DNA of 63,879 bases, the filler included, from Octopus bimaculoides (lineage: Eukaryota), in assembly GCF_001194135.2 (NCBI RefSeq). It is 6 parts of 5 records of this genome, joined end to end, with 100 filler letters (N's around TTAATTAATTAA, not from the genome) between each part and the next. Parts side by side here need not be neighbours in the genome. Positions count along the whole stretch, not along the records: positions 13,413 to 36,301 come from NC_068995.1; positions 36,402 to 48,970 come from NC_068987.1; 4 more parts are not named here. One strand, 5' to 3'. The position numbers and the translations under genes were made by a program. This document shows, in pieces, positions 24,293 through 37,433 of this stretch; the stretch's first letter is position 1; each line of letters opens with the position of its first letter. The notes beneath the pieces were generated by a model. The model ran no database searches, had not been told where the DNA came from, and saw only the letters and a program-made list of their open reading frames with translations.

Positions 24293-26974
24293 TGCGCAAA
24301 CCTTAAAAGCAGATGGTTTAGAAATGTGAGGAATGTGTCCTTCAGCATTAATGTTTGCTGAATGATATTTATGTGGAGCACAGTGAAAAAAAAACTTCAG
24401 AAGGTATGAAACTTTAAATATGCTGCAGAAGTGTTTCCATTTAAAAAATTATGTTTCATTGTATTTTATATGCCATATGTTTTGTGAACAATAACACCGT
24501 TGGTTATTAGTTTCTGTTGGGCTCAATCATGCATTTCTAGTATCATGATCACCAATAGCATATCTGTGTAACTTTAGCGGACTAGATGCTACGAGACATT
24601 GGGTTATTGCCAGTTTTTCTCACTGAAGTGTATATCTTTCACCAGTACTCATATTTGTACACACATGCACAAACATGTGTGCATACATGCGTACATGCAC
24701 ACAAGTCTTGCTCAAATTTCTCTCAACCAGATTTTACTCAGAAGGCAGTAGTCAATACATGGCTATAGTAGAAGACCCTTAGCCAAAGTTCCACACATTT
24801 GGATGAAACTCAGAACAATGGTGTTTGTGAAACATATTCCTTAATTACACAGTCAGGCTTCCATCCAAGTTGTGAATGGAGGCAGAAATTTCACTCCTTA
24901 TTTCTCATTAAGTTTCATTTTAGGGAAATCATTATTTCAAAACTATTCTGGGTTCAGCAATGTGGCATCCCACCCTTAATATTGACGGCAGCACATTCAA
25001 AGTACTACTATTGGACCCAAGGAGTGGGAGAGGGGATTGCATGAGTTTAAAATTGTTTTTGTGAAATTGTCCCACCCATCTATCGTACTCGTCAACACCT
25101 GGCATAAAAGCACCACCTGCACTCAGTTGAAGAGGCTTTTCCCTTTTTTTCCTTTTCTTTTTTTCCTGTCTTGCAAGTTATTTGTTGACGTCACTAATGT
25201 TGGTTTTTTAAAAAAGTAACCCCACCCCATACATTTTGTAAAATGATGGGCATTTGGAAGGTTTGGAAAGGCATTCAGTTGTAGAAAAGTTGACATTCAA
25301 GCCTGATGCAACTCTGACTTGTGGGTCCTGTCAAACTGTCTAATCCATGCCAGACTGGAGAACAGATTTTAAATGATTATGGTGGTGATGATAATGACAA
25401 ATGTAAATGCTACGTAATAATGACATTAAGGACAAATATGGAAGACATAGTGTATTTTTAAGAGTAAATTTCTTGGAAGCTACAGTTCAAGTTTGTGGCT
25501 TTACAGAACAAAACGGGGACAATTGCATACGAGGAGAAGTGCAGTAAAAAGAAAAACGGGTTTGATGACTGTTGTAATACAACAGTTACTGGTAGTTAAT
25601 TATATCTTGAGGTAATCTGACAGGGAAGGTTATCAAGTGACAAGCTAGCTTGTCTACAAAAGAAGGGAATACAAGTAGAAAAATGTTTGATTGATAGCTG
25701 TCAGAATATGTACCTGTGTGTGTGTGTGTTCCATGGGGGTGGAGGCTTAGATCCTCTGGAGAGCTTGTTCTCCTTTGTTTAATAGTTTCTGAAACTAAGA
25801 AGAAGTACTATCCCTTAAATACTTTTGAAGGTTCTACAAACATTTGCCTGTCCGTGGTGACTGTGTGGTGAAAGTGATATGTATGAGAACTTGAGCAATG
25901 ATAATGAAAATTATTTCTTAAGAGAGCAAAGCAATTAAGATGATAACGATGATGACAGAAGTGAGAGAAACAGAAAGTATTTCTCTGGTACTTAACGTAC
26001 AAAGGATATAATGTGTGTGTTGTTTGATTAGGAAGATGCTCTGTTGACTGATAGGCCAAGGTTGGTGTATATAAAGAAGAGAAAATTAGAGTTGATGTTT
26101 AGTCCTAGGTAAACCCTGATCAAGTAGATCTACCATCAAATGCATTCTAGCAATGATCAGACCTTTTCTTTTTGTACATGATTTAAAGAGGTTTTTTCTT
26201 TCTTTTTTTTTAATGGAGACATTGGTTTTAGATTCACTCTCAATGTGTATGGTACCTTGAGCAAGTGTCTTCTGCTGTAACACCCAGACAAACCAAAGCC
26301 TTGTGAGTGAATCTAGTAGATGGAAACTGAAAGAAATCCATCATAAGTGTGTATATGTGTGTTTATGTTTGTGTCTCCTTGTTTTGACACTGCATGAGAG
26401 ATGTGAGCAAGTGTCCCTGTCATACAAGGCGCATCATTCATTTCCAACATCCTTTGTAAACATGCCTGACCATGGAGAAACCTTTCCTTGCTTGGAAACA
26501 AGTAAGGGTTGGTGATAGGAAGGGTATCTGGTTGTAGAAAATCTACAATAAACTCCATCAGATCTGTACAAGTATGAGAAACTGGACATGAAAATGATGA
26601 TGATGATGATGATGTCACTAGGGTTTGATTTGAGGAAATCTTGGCTACTATTTCTAACCAGCCAAGTGACCATGTAGAAGATCCTTGGCTTGTTTATGAT
26701 GTAATAGAGAGGTGTTTTAATGAAAGTCAGTTCTTAGTTACATTGAGTGCAACTGTATGAAAGGATGTTCGTTTGGATCCATGCCAGATTGCTGCTCCTC
26801 AAGCACTGTGAGTTACTGAATCAAGAATAGAGTAAGAGAGAGAGAGGGAGATGTTAGTGGATCACATCCTGTGAAGAGTACTACATTACGTCTAAGGCTT
26901 AGTATGAGTGCTGGCTCTAATAAAGTTGTTGCTGCTGCTACTGTTGAGTGGCTTTATGACTACATATGAAGTAG

Positions 26975-27130
26975 GTGAAGGTGTGGTCTTGTGGTTAAGG
27001 AGCTTGCTTGCCAACCATGTGGTCTTGGGTTCAGTCCCACTGAGCAGCTCCTTTGACTAGTGCTTTCTACTGCAGTGTCAGGCTAACTAAACCTTGTGAG
27101 TGAATTTGGTAGATGGTAAATGAAAGAAGT
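26975..27130 (+). mobile_element. SINE family 1, head half
   Basis: gtggttaaggagcttgcttgccaaccatgtggtcttgggttcagtcccactg...ccttgtgagtgaatttggtagatgg. Confidence 0.75.
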
Positions 27131-27144
27131 GTATGTGTGAAAGA

Positions 27145-27430
27145 AGAGCATGTGGCTGAGTGGTTAGGGTGTTTGGCTCACGAGTGTAAGGTCGTGAGTT
27201 CGAAACCGGGCAGTACATTGTGTCCTTGAGCAAGACACTTTATTTCATGTTGCTTTAGTCTATTCAGCTGGCAAAAATGAATGGGACTTGTATTTCAAAG
27301 GGCCAGCCTTGTCACATCCTGTGTCCTGCTGAATCTCCCTGAGAACCACGTTAAGGGTATGCATGTCTGTGGAATACTCAGCCACTTGCAAATTAATTTC
27401 ACGAGCAGGCTGTTCCATCAATCAGATCAA
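27145..27430 (+). mobile_element. SINE family 3 variant
   Basis: gtggctgagtggttaggg...gagttcgaaacc...gtgtccttgagcaagacactttatt; the tail is shared with the reversed segment at ~55020-55145. Confidence 0.8.
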
Positions 27431-29777
27431 CTGAAACCTTTATCGTTAACTGACAGTGCCAGTTATGTATGTGTGTATGTACCTTTGTATGTACATGTGA
27501 TGGTTGTAAATGAGCATCACTGTCATACAGGTGGGGTTTTTGCTTCCAGTTTTCCTTGAAAAACCTGTTTAGAAATGGAAAAATATCAGTTTGCTTGGAA
27601 AAAAAAAGTGAAGGCTGGTGACAAGAAGAGCATCTGGCCATAGAAATCTGCTCCATCAAATTCTGCCTAACTCGCACAAGACTGAATGTTAAATGATAAT
27701 GATAAAAATGTGATTTGAAGGAAATTTAGCTGCTATTTGTAGCCAATATGGAAACGCCTATGCAGCCACTGTATAGACTTTTCTACATTGGCTTAAGGTC
27801 GAATAGAGACCTGCAACATGATATATTTTACTACTGCAAGCAACAGTAAAATGCTTTTAGAATTTACTCAATGTCTTCTGTAGGACTAGTTATCAGCATT
27901 GGATTACAGATACGTTACAGAAACCAAAGATAGATAAGACACTTTAGTTTAGTGAACTGTGTGTGTGTGTGTTGTATGTGGAGGGAGTTGGAGGTCAGTG
28001 ACAGGGTCATGCAGCTACCATTAGGCTGTGGCGGTGGGGCTGGCGAAGGGACAGATAACTACTGCAGACATACTTTACTTGCACAGCTACAGCTAACAAA
28101 TTTCTTAAGAACAACCAGAAGGCTTCTGAATGGCTGACTGACTTGCTAGAAGTATTAGTCATGTAAACCTTTAAATCACATGCTACTATCTTTAATAAAG
28201 AAGGACATACTGAACAATGTAGGCTATAATACACACCCACCCCACACATGAACAGGTGTAATAGTTTTAGTCAGAATGTCTTTGATCACAAGTCAGCTCA
28301 ATTAGGGCCGACCTTAGGCTAAATTACAGCTACCAAACTTCTGGTTAGATGACATATATATATATATATATGTATATTATCATCATTTAGTGTCTGCTTT
28401 CCATGCTGGCATGGGTTAGATGGTTTGACTGCAACAGGTAAGCTGAAGAGCTGCACCAAGTTTCAATCTGATTTGGCATGGTTTCCACACCTGGATGCCC
28501 TTCCTAACACCAACCACTTCAAGAGTGCAATGGATGCTTTCTACATGCCATCGCCACAGGTACCAGTTACATGACACTGGCATTGGACACAACTATGATT
28601 CCATTTAACTCGATGTGTCTTCTGGAGCATGAACCTATCACCAAAGGTCTTAGTAACTTTTCACTTCCGTGAGGCCCAACAATTGAAGGGTGCTTTGTAT
28701 GTGCCACTGGCACAGGTGCCTATTACATGACATTGGCCATGAGTATGGTTTCACTTGGCTTGACGTGTCATATATGAGACCCTTTTATGTTATGTAAAAG
28801 GGAAGATAGATATAAATCAGGTCCCCCCCCCCCAATATAGGTTCTTTATATGTTGACTAACATCATAATATTCGTTGAGACAACAATAGTTGGTATGGGT
28901 TCAATCTATGCTCTGTCTTTATTCCCTGCACTGTTTGTTTCGGGCTCAAAGGCTGTTACTGTTTAGCTCCAGATTAGCATTGATCGAACAGATCTATGAT
29001 CAAAAGACATTCCACTCCAACCAGCTCTTCTTATTTTCAGATAAGATGCATTGAGAACCCCTTAATCTAATGCATATTTTTTTTTTTTTATATATATATA
29101 TAGAAATTTTTAGGACTTAAGGATGAGATTTAGCTGCTATTTCTAGCTTTTGTTTCGACCATGTTAGGGGTTGCTCTTTAGCTTGCTTGCTCATGCTTAG
29201 TACACAGAGGAGGAATTAGGACAGGAAGTGAGGCATAGTATGACTGCGACGGGTATTTATGCCAGAACGTGATGGGAGGTTTGCTAAAGTAGTATTTTAT
29301 GATGGCAAAGAGGGAAGACGGGAACAGAACTCGATAATTGCCTTAGAAATGGAGAAAGAATATGATTTTGGTGTGCTTATAATACAAATAGCATTTTCTA
29401 CGATACTATATTATGTTTCTCTGTCATTGACACAAGTGCAACAGACTAAGATGGTGAATATGCTTTTTAGTGAACTCTGGGTATTTGTAGTCACTGACTG
29501 TTTTGAGCTGAAGTGCTTTTTTTATTTTCTTTCTTGTAATGTGTATACGCATGCAACAAAAATAGCTTAGTTGCAACAAGGAGGAAGTGGTTTTTAAGGA
29601 GTGGTGGCCATTCAAAATACTTGGCTTATGTAGGCAATTGTTCATTAGCTGAATGAATGGTGTGGTTCCATTGTTATGGGAATCAGTAATATGAATAGGA
29701 TTAAAACCTGTATCATGTGGGTGGGTATGGAGTACTTGGTTTATTATTATTATTATTATTGTTATTATTATTGGGAA

Positions 29778-30005
29778 CGTGGTGAGCTGGCAGAATTGGT
29801 AGCATGCTGAGCAAAATGCTTAGTGGCATTTCATCTATCCTTGTGTTCTGAGTTCAAATTCAGCCATGGTTAACTTTACCTTTCATTCTTCTGGGGTTGA
29901 TGAAATAAAGTACCAGTTGTGCTCTGGGGTCAACGTCATTGATTAACCTCCCTCCCCCTCCCCAAAATTTCAGATCTTGTGCTTGTAGTAGAAATGATTA
30001 TTATT
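29778..30005 (+). mobile_element. SINE family 2 (further copies at ~30235-30415 and 30417-30625)
   Basis: ggtgagctggcagaattggtagcatgc...gagttcaaattc...ggggttgatgaaataaagtaccag; ATT flanks. Confidence 0.8.
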
Positions 30006-30774
30006 ATTGGCACCTGGAATATCATCTGGTGCCCACCACCTTCTACAAGTCAATCAGTGCACATGGTGGAAGTTTTATGTGAGCAATATATAGAGATCTA
30101 GTGGTGTGTAAGAGTAATGACATTCTTGGGGGAACTTGATGCATCAGTGAGGGCAAAGCTACCTGGTCTTTTTTTAGAGGAGTTCTGGACTGGGAACTTC
30201 TATGAACAATTTGGCAGAATCCTTAGTGCCAAGCAGAATGCTTTGTATTTCTTCAGGTTCTTTGTATTCTGAGCTTACATCCTACTGAGGCCAGCTTTGC
30301 CTCTCATCCTTTTGAGTTCAATAAAATTAAATACCAGTCACATACTAGGGTTAACAGTATTTACTAAACCCCTCTCCTCAAAACCTGATGAGCTTGTGCC
30401 TAAATTAGAAACCATTAAGGTAGTGAGCTGGCAGAATTGTTAGAATATCAGGAAAAGTGTATCGGAAAATGTGCTTTCTTTTGACGTTTTATGTTCTGAG
30501 CTAAAACCCAGCTGAAGTCAACTTGGTCCTTTGTCCATCTGAGGTTGATAAAATTGTCAATTATGATATCAACTAACCCCTTTTCCTTAAAGATTACTGG
30601 TCTTGTACCTAAATTAGAGACTGTTATTATTCAATCAACCCAGGCTTTGAAAAATCATGAAGACTTCCGTTTCTAGTTAATATTTTTCTCTATTATAGCA
30701 TGACTTGGAAAGGCCCCAGTTTCTAGCCACCCATCACAATCTTTCAACAACAACAACACGCACACACACACACA

Positions 30775-30807
<33 letters not shown>

Positions 30808-31106
30808 TTGCTGGTTTATGTCTTGGACACTGAAGAAATTGTTTGCAATAAGACTAAAGTGGCCTTTCTATTTTACATCATCTCAATTTGCACTTCGGTC
30901 CCCCCACTGGTCTTTTAGGTGGTATAACTTTACAACTGTCAGAAGCCGTTCCTATTACCAGCAACTTTGCAGCATTAGTTATACTCGTCAAATAAGTATG
31001 AAATTGAAGTTTCATTGTCAAAGCTGGTTGTTCTCTTTTAAAAAGACATGGTATTTACAAAGGTAACACATTTGGAAAAAGCAAAAAAGACTTTAAAAAG
31101 AAAAGA

Positions 31107-31164
<58 letters not shown>

Positions 31165-31327
31165 CCTAAATGTGAATTTGTTTTGAAGTTTGCAGTTATA
31201 ATTAGTTTGAGGTTCTTATCAGTCCACCAACTTTTATAATAAACCTGTCAGTGCCTATTGTGATATAAGGAAATATGAGATAAACAGCACAACCAGTGTG
31301 TGTATGTATGTGTATGTATTATATATG

Positions 31328-31365
<38 letters not shown>

Positions 31366-31659
31366 TGCAGGAACACTGAAACTGATTATGAATCAGCACA
31401 CTTAACATGCACTGAATGACAGGGACTTAAGATCAGGTCTTGTGGGTGGGAGTATAGTAGTAGTAGTGGTGGTGGTGGTGGTGGTAGCAGTGCGGCATTA
31501 GAATACAGATAATAGTGTACTGTCATGTATATTGTCTGTTATCATTGATTTATTTTCTACTTTTCCATGCCTGCTAGGGTTGGACAGAGATTACCAAGGC
31601 AGGTTTTCTATGGCAGGATGCCCTTCCTGCTGTCACCCTCACCTGTTTATGTTTGTTAT

Positions 31660-32574
31660 TTAACCCTTTAGCATTTGAACCGACCATATCTGGCCCAAAA
31701 TTTTCTATCTGTTTTATGTTCAAACTGACCAAATCTGGCCTTGCACCTATACTTAACAATGTCATTCAAAACATTAACAATCATATCATTGAAATCTTGA
31801 TACTACAAGGTAATGCATGATTAATTCAAATCAATGTGAATGGATTTACATTACATTTGACAGAGTAATCTGGGTGGTAACAGGCTAATATAGTTGCTTC
31901 CATTTATACAGCCAGTCCTGGTCGGCGCACCCGTGCTGCCTCCCCCCCCCACAGCCGTGACGATACGGCCGGCCTTCCGCATTGGTCGAGGTGCAAATAT
32001 TAGACTGAGACTGACACGTATGGGCTGTCGCAGCAGCTGCCGCGCTCAGCGTGCTGTTCGAGGCGTGTGGCGGCTTCACGCCCTTCAATTTTGGTGACTC
32101 TGGATAACTGTCAGTATGATTGCATGGGCTAGTATTGACTAGCCTTCATGCGACAGGTCCCTCATGAGTCTGCCCTATCAACTGTCAATGGCCCAGTAAG
32201 TGCCGACCGTGATGACAATGGGTAATAGGGAATCGGGATTCAATTCTGGAGAGGGAGCCTGCAAAACGGCTACCTAGACTCTCTTCTTGTATTGATATAG
32301 TTATAGCTTAGACTGCAAACTTATTTCAACAACTGAGCCTTTGTATGGTTACTCAACCTGCTAAACTGAGCAACCAAAACTCATCCCATCCTTGAATCAC
32401 ACCCTTTTGCCTTAAATGAAGTAGAAAGCATTGAATAATAAGTAGGGTTGTTACGAACCCTAGGACTTCTTCATACGGCTGGAGCTTAAGTTAGTTTCCA
32501 TGATGTACGATTAAGATGCAACACTCTCCCTCCAGGCCTCTGTTGACAGAATAATTTGAATGCTAAAGGGATAA
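31660..32574 (+). mobile_element. piggyBac-type MITE interrupted by a ~670-bp insert (arms 31660-31872 and 32543-32574)
   Basis: Starts ttaa|ccctttagcatt, ends aatgctaaaggg|ataa; ttgacagagtaatctg / ttgacagaataatttg is duplicated around the insert. Confidence 0.75.
31873..32274 (+). pseudogene. 18S rRNA 5'-region pseudogene fragment
   Basis: Conserved 18S motifs in order: gtggtaa..gctaata, ttggtgactctggataact, tctgccctatcaact, gggtaatagggaatcgggattcaattctggagagggagcctgcaaaacggctacc; GC-rich V2-type expansion; several CpG-to-TpG changes (caattctgga for cgattccgga). Confidence 0.92.
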
Positions 32575-33721
32575 AGATGTAAATGAGTGCTTTTCATTTC
32601 CAGTATTTTTCAAAATCAGGTTTAGCCTTGGGGAACTATTACTTACTTGGAAATGGGAGGCTTGGCAACAGGAAGGGCATCCAGTCATAGAAAATCTGCC
32701 TTGATTATATCTGTCCAGCCCATGCCAGCATGGAAGAGTGAACATTAAAATTTGGATGGTGCATAACTAACTTTCTTCATCCATGGTATGGCACATACTG
32801 TTTTTTTTTTTCTTTTTGAAAATTTTGAGAGTATAGGACAAAAATGGTTGATAAACATTGGTTCATATCATTTAATTAGATTTTAAGATATTAGCTCATA
32901 ATTTAATTTTTTTTCTCAGCTGCTGTTTTTACTGTAATTGTCTAGATAAGGATTTCAATATATTTTTAGTAAAATGTGACAGGCTTATATCAACTGCAGT
33001 TAGTTGTTTATAGGTGAGCATCAACATGTTTGATCAGTTTTGTCTTTATTCACCTTGATGTCCCCCAGTTGTGCATATCATCCGTACTGCCTTGTATAAA
33101 AATATAGAGCAGCACAGATAATAATAATAATAATGATTTCAGGTAAAAGGTGAAGAAATTTTGAGTGGAAGGTGCTGATTACATTGACTGAGGTCAGTGT
33201 AAGTTAACTTGCACCCTCACCTCAAAATGGAAAGTAAAGTTGATTATAGCAGGATTTGAGCTCTGAATGTAAAATGTCAGAAGAAATACCACAAAGCACT
33301 TGTTACTGATGCTCTATCAATTTTGCTAGCTCACTACGTCAACTCCTTCGTTTTCGGATTACTTCGTCAAATGTAATGCATCATCTTGTAACATCAAGAT
33401 TTTGATGTGATTGTATATTTTTGGAATGACATTGTAGGGTTGGTGTAATAGGCAGGATCTTGCTTGTTTAAATGTGAAAGGGTTGATTTTTAATTTAGGC
33501 ATAATGCCAGCAATTTTGAAGGGAAGGGGGTTAGGTGATACCATCAACCTTAGTATATGACTGATACATTTATTGAACCCAAAAGGATGAAAGGCAAAGT
33601 TGACCTCATCAGGATTTAAGCTGAGAGCATTACTAGGCTTCGTATATTTTACCCCAGTGTCACGTTGATGGCATGCACTGCTCTCTCACTCAATAATAAT
33701 AATAATAATAATAATGATAAT

Positions 33722-33940
33722 AATCCTTTCTATTATAGGCACAAGGCCTAAAATTTGGGGGGAGGTGTAAAGTTGATTACATCAACCCTAGTGCTTGGTT
33801 GGTACTCATTTTATCGACCCCAAAAGGATGATAGGCAAAGTCGACCTTGGCAGAACCTGAACTCAGAACATAAAGGCAGACAAAATTCTGCTAAGCAATT
33901 TGCCTGGTATGCTAATGATTCTGCCAGCCCATCACCTTAA
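33722..33940 (-). mobile_element. SINE family 2 inserted in an (AAT)n array
   Basis: aatcctttctattataggcacaaggcc...ggtactcattttatcgacccc...gattctgccagcccatcacctt. Confidence 0.88.
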
Positions 33941-34253
33941 TAATAATATTAATAATTATAATAATAATAAGAAGAAGAAGAAATGCCCTGATGCAGTACC
34001 AGGCAGTGGCTCTCATGGGTTCTGACCTTAACTGATTGAAAGTGTTATCAAGAACACCTTTTGTGGGCTGCAGCAAATACCCTGCTTAATACCACAGATT
34101 TGCTTGTCAGCTGCTTGGCATTTGAGCAGCTGAGCACGACGCTTTAGTGGCTGACAATGTGTGCACCTCTGATCATGAGCAGCTTAGCAGGCTTTTGATC
34201 CAAACTGACCGGAAGTGTTGTCATGTACACCTTTTCTGCCTTGACGTAAAAGA

Positions 34254-34314
<61 letters not shown>

Positions 34315-35096
34315 NNNNNNNNNNNNNNNNNNNNNNNNNNNNNNNNNNNNNNNNNNNNNNNNNNNNNNNNNNNNNNNNNNNNNNNNNNNNNNNNNNNNNN
34401 NNNNNNNNNNNNNNNNNNNNNNNNNNNNNNNNNNNNNNNNNNNNNNNNNNNNNNNNNNNNNNNNNNNNNNNNNNNNNNNNNNNNNNNNNNNNNNNNNNNN
34501 NNNNNNNNNNNNNNNNNNNNNNNNNNNNNNNNNNNNNNNNNNNNNNNNNNNNNNNNNNNNNNNNNNNNNNNNNNNNNNNNNNNNNNNNNNNNNNNNNNNN
34601 NNNNNNNNNNNNNNNNNNNNNNNNNNNNNNNNNNNNNNNNNNNNNNNNNNNNNNNNNNNNNNNNNNNNNNNNNNNNNNNNNNNNNNNNNNNNNNNNNNNN
34701 NNNNNNNNNNNNNNNNNNNNNNNNNNNNNNNNNNNNNNNNNNNNNNNNNNNNNNNNNNNNNNNNNNNNNNNNNNNNNNNNNNNNNNNNNNNNNNNNNNNN
34801 NNNNNNNNNNNNNNNNNNNNNNNNNNNNNNNNNNNNNNNNNNNNNNNNNNNNNNNNNNNNNNNNNNNNNNNNNNNNNNNNNNNNNNNNNNNNNNNNNNNN
34901 NNNNNNNNNNNNNNNNNNNNNNNNNNNNNNNNNNNNNNNNNNNNNNNNNNNNNNNNNNNNNNNNNNNNNNNNNNNNNNNNNNNNNNNNNNNNNNNNNNNN
35001 NNNNNNNNNNNNNNNNNNNNNNNNNNNNNNNNNNNNNNNNNNNNNNNNNNNNNNNNNNNNNNNNNNNNNNNNNNNNNNNNNNNNNNNNNNNNNNNN

Positions 35097-35122
35097 CATC
35101 ATCGCCTGGTTTCCCTACTCTG
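35097..35122 (+). CDS. Candidate exon end (5' part lost in N gap), IIAWFPYS, phase 1
   Basis: Donor-like CTG|GTTTGT followed by a T-rich tract; phase compatible with the 35812 exon. Unconfirmed. Confidence 0.25.
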
Positions 35123-35811
35123 GTTTGTTTGTTTTTGTTGGCCTTTATTTTTTTTCCATACTTGCTTACAAGGTAATCATGGAATTTTTTTAATTTCCCT
35201 TTTCTTAAATTAATTTTTTGTAAATGTGTCTGATTGTTTAAAACTTCTCTAATATTGTTCTCTGTCCACTAATAGTAGCTTTGGGGACGTTTTTTTTTTT
35301 CTATACTGACAGTTGTTTTGACTATGTTTACGTCGAATGTTTATATATATATATATATATATATAATTTTATCTAGTTTCATCTCATGAGCTGTGGCCAT
35401 GCTGGGGCACTGCCATTTGTATATATAATATAAAATTAGTGTTAGAAATTTTGGCCCTTGTGTCACCGTGTAACTTCGACCAACTAAATGAAATATAGAT
35501 ATGTACTTATGTTTTGAGTCCTATGTTCCTATTTTTATCACCAAACTTATATATACATTGTATATATGTAGGGCATGGTTGTTGGGTAGATAAATTTATT
35601 TTATGCTTTATAAACATTTTTATTCTAATGTGAAGAATAAAATTTCCATTACTGATAAGACACATTAAATATCTGGGGTATCGTACATGTAAAAACGAAA
35701 AAAAAAAAAAAAAAAAAATGAGAAGCTTCCTTCAAACTCCTCAATACTTTTATATCTTGAACTAATGTGTTTCTCTCTCTTTCTCTCTCTTTTTCCTTTT
35801 GTTTGCTCCAG

Positions 35812-35878
35812 TTACACACGGCTGTATTATAGCAACAGTTACGTTATTTCATCCAGATGGTCGAGAAGCTAAACCTAC
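35812..35878 (+). CDS. Candidate 67-nt internal exon, xTHGCIIATVTLFHPDGREAKPT, product unidentified
   Basis: Long polypyrimidine tract plus CAG acceptor, GTATGT donor, only one open frame, non-repetitive and CpG-containing. Confidence 0.5.
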
Positions 35879-36401
35879 GTATGTACTATTTCTGTCTTTT
35901 AACATTTCAGATTATTTATCTTTTATTTCTGTTCCCCTATTTCTTTCATATACACTTATTATTATATCCTTGTTCCTTTGGGTTCTATCACCAAGTTTCC
36001 CTTTATAACATTGATATTTTTGTCTTGTTGAATAATAATAATAATAATAATAATTAGTTGATGTATGCAGTACTTTATTTTTTCTTTTGTTTTTGTCAAT
36101 ATATGAAACAAAGAAATTAGTTATCCCAATACACGGAGTAAAGCTTTACTGCATGGATACTTCTTACAAATGTACATACATACATACATACATACACTCA
36201 TATAAATACTACTCACGTATATATTGGTTTTGCACCTATAAAGTGCTTAGTTGTATAGGCATTTCTACACACACACACTCCTACACACACACACACACAC
36301 ANNNNNNNNNNNNNNNNNNNNNNNNNNNNNNNNNNNNNNNNNNNNTTAATTAATTAANNNNNNNNNNNNNNNNNNNNNNNNNNNNNNNNNNNNNNNNNNN
36401 N

Positions 36402-36460
<59 letters not shown>

Positions 36461-36523
36461 GTCTGTCTGTCTGTCTGCCTGTCTGTCTATTCGTCTGTCT
36501 ATCTATCTACCTATCTATCTGTA

Positions 36524-36572
<49 letters not shown>

Positions 36573-36606
36573 TTCTATCTAGCTAACTAAATATCTATCT
36601 ATCTAT
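36402..36606. repeat. (TCTA)n/(TCTG)n compound microsatellite
   Basis: Direct reading. Confidence 0.95.
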
Positions 36607-37398
36607 ATACATAAGCACGTAATAAAATATATAAAATATATACGTATATATGTATATAAGTGACTCTTCGTGTGATATATAAATATAGAAATACACATGC
36701 AGTAACACACACACACGTACTTACGCACATAACGCGCGCACGCATGTGCACGGTGACCTGTGTGCATATCTATTCGTTACTTTGACGACCACTCTATCAG
36801 CTCTCTATATTCTTTCCTTTTAAACATTTTATGTGTTCCTTTATGAGTCGTATGTTATTTCAAACACTGATTTTACTCTCATTATATTTTCAAGTATTTT
36901 AGCTTTCATATTCTCAAAGGATTTTTCCCTCATTTTATTGCCTTTGTAGTAGGCAGCGTCGGCATATTTCAAGTATTTAACATTTATATACAGTATTAAT
37001 TCCTGTTTTTTTATTTTTATGATTTAGCAACCGCATATATGATATATTTATATTATATCCTATACCTGTGTGCGTGTGTGTGTATATGTGTGTGTGCGTG
37101 TATGTGCACGCACACATATATAATATATTGATACAACTTATTAATGCTTGATTTTATGCTACGGCATAATAAAACAATTTTACATTACTCAAGACTTTGT
37201 GTACAGTATAAATTCATTTTTCATCATATATATATGTATGAATATGTTGTGCGTGTGTTTTATGTGTGTATATATATAGTATATAAATAAATATATATAT
37301 GCGTGTGTGTGTCTGTGTATGATTGTGTGCGTGTTTATATATCTCTTTCTTTTTCTCTATCCCTCTCTCTCTCTATTTATATATATATATATATATAC

Positions 37399-37433
<35 letters not shown>

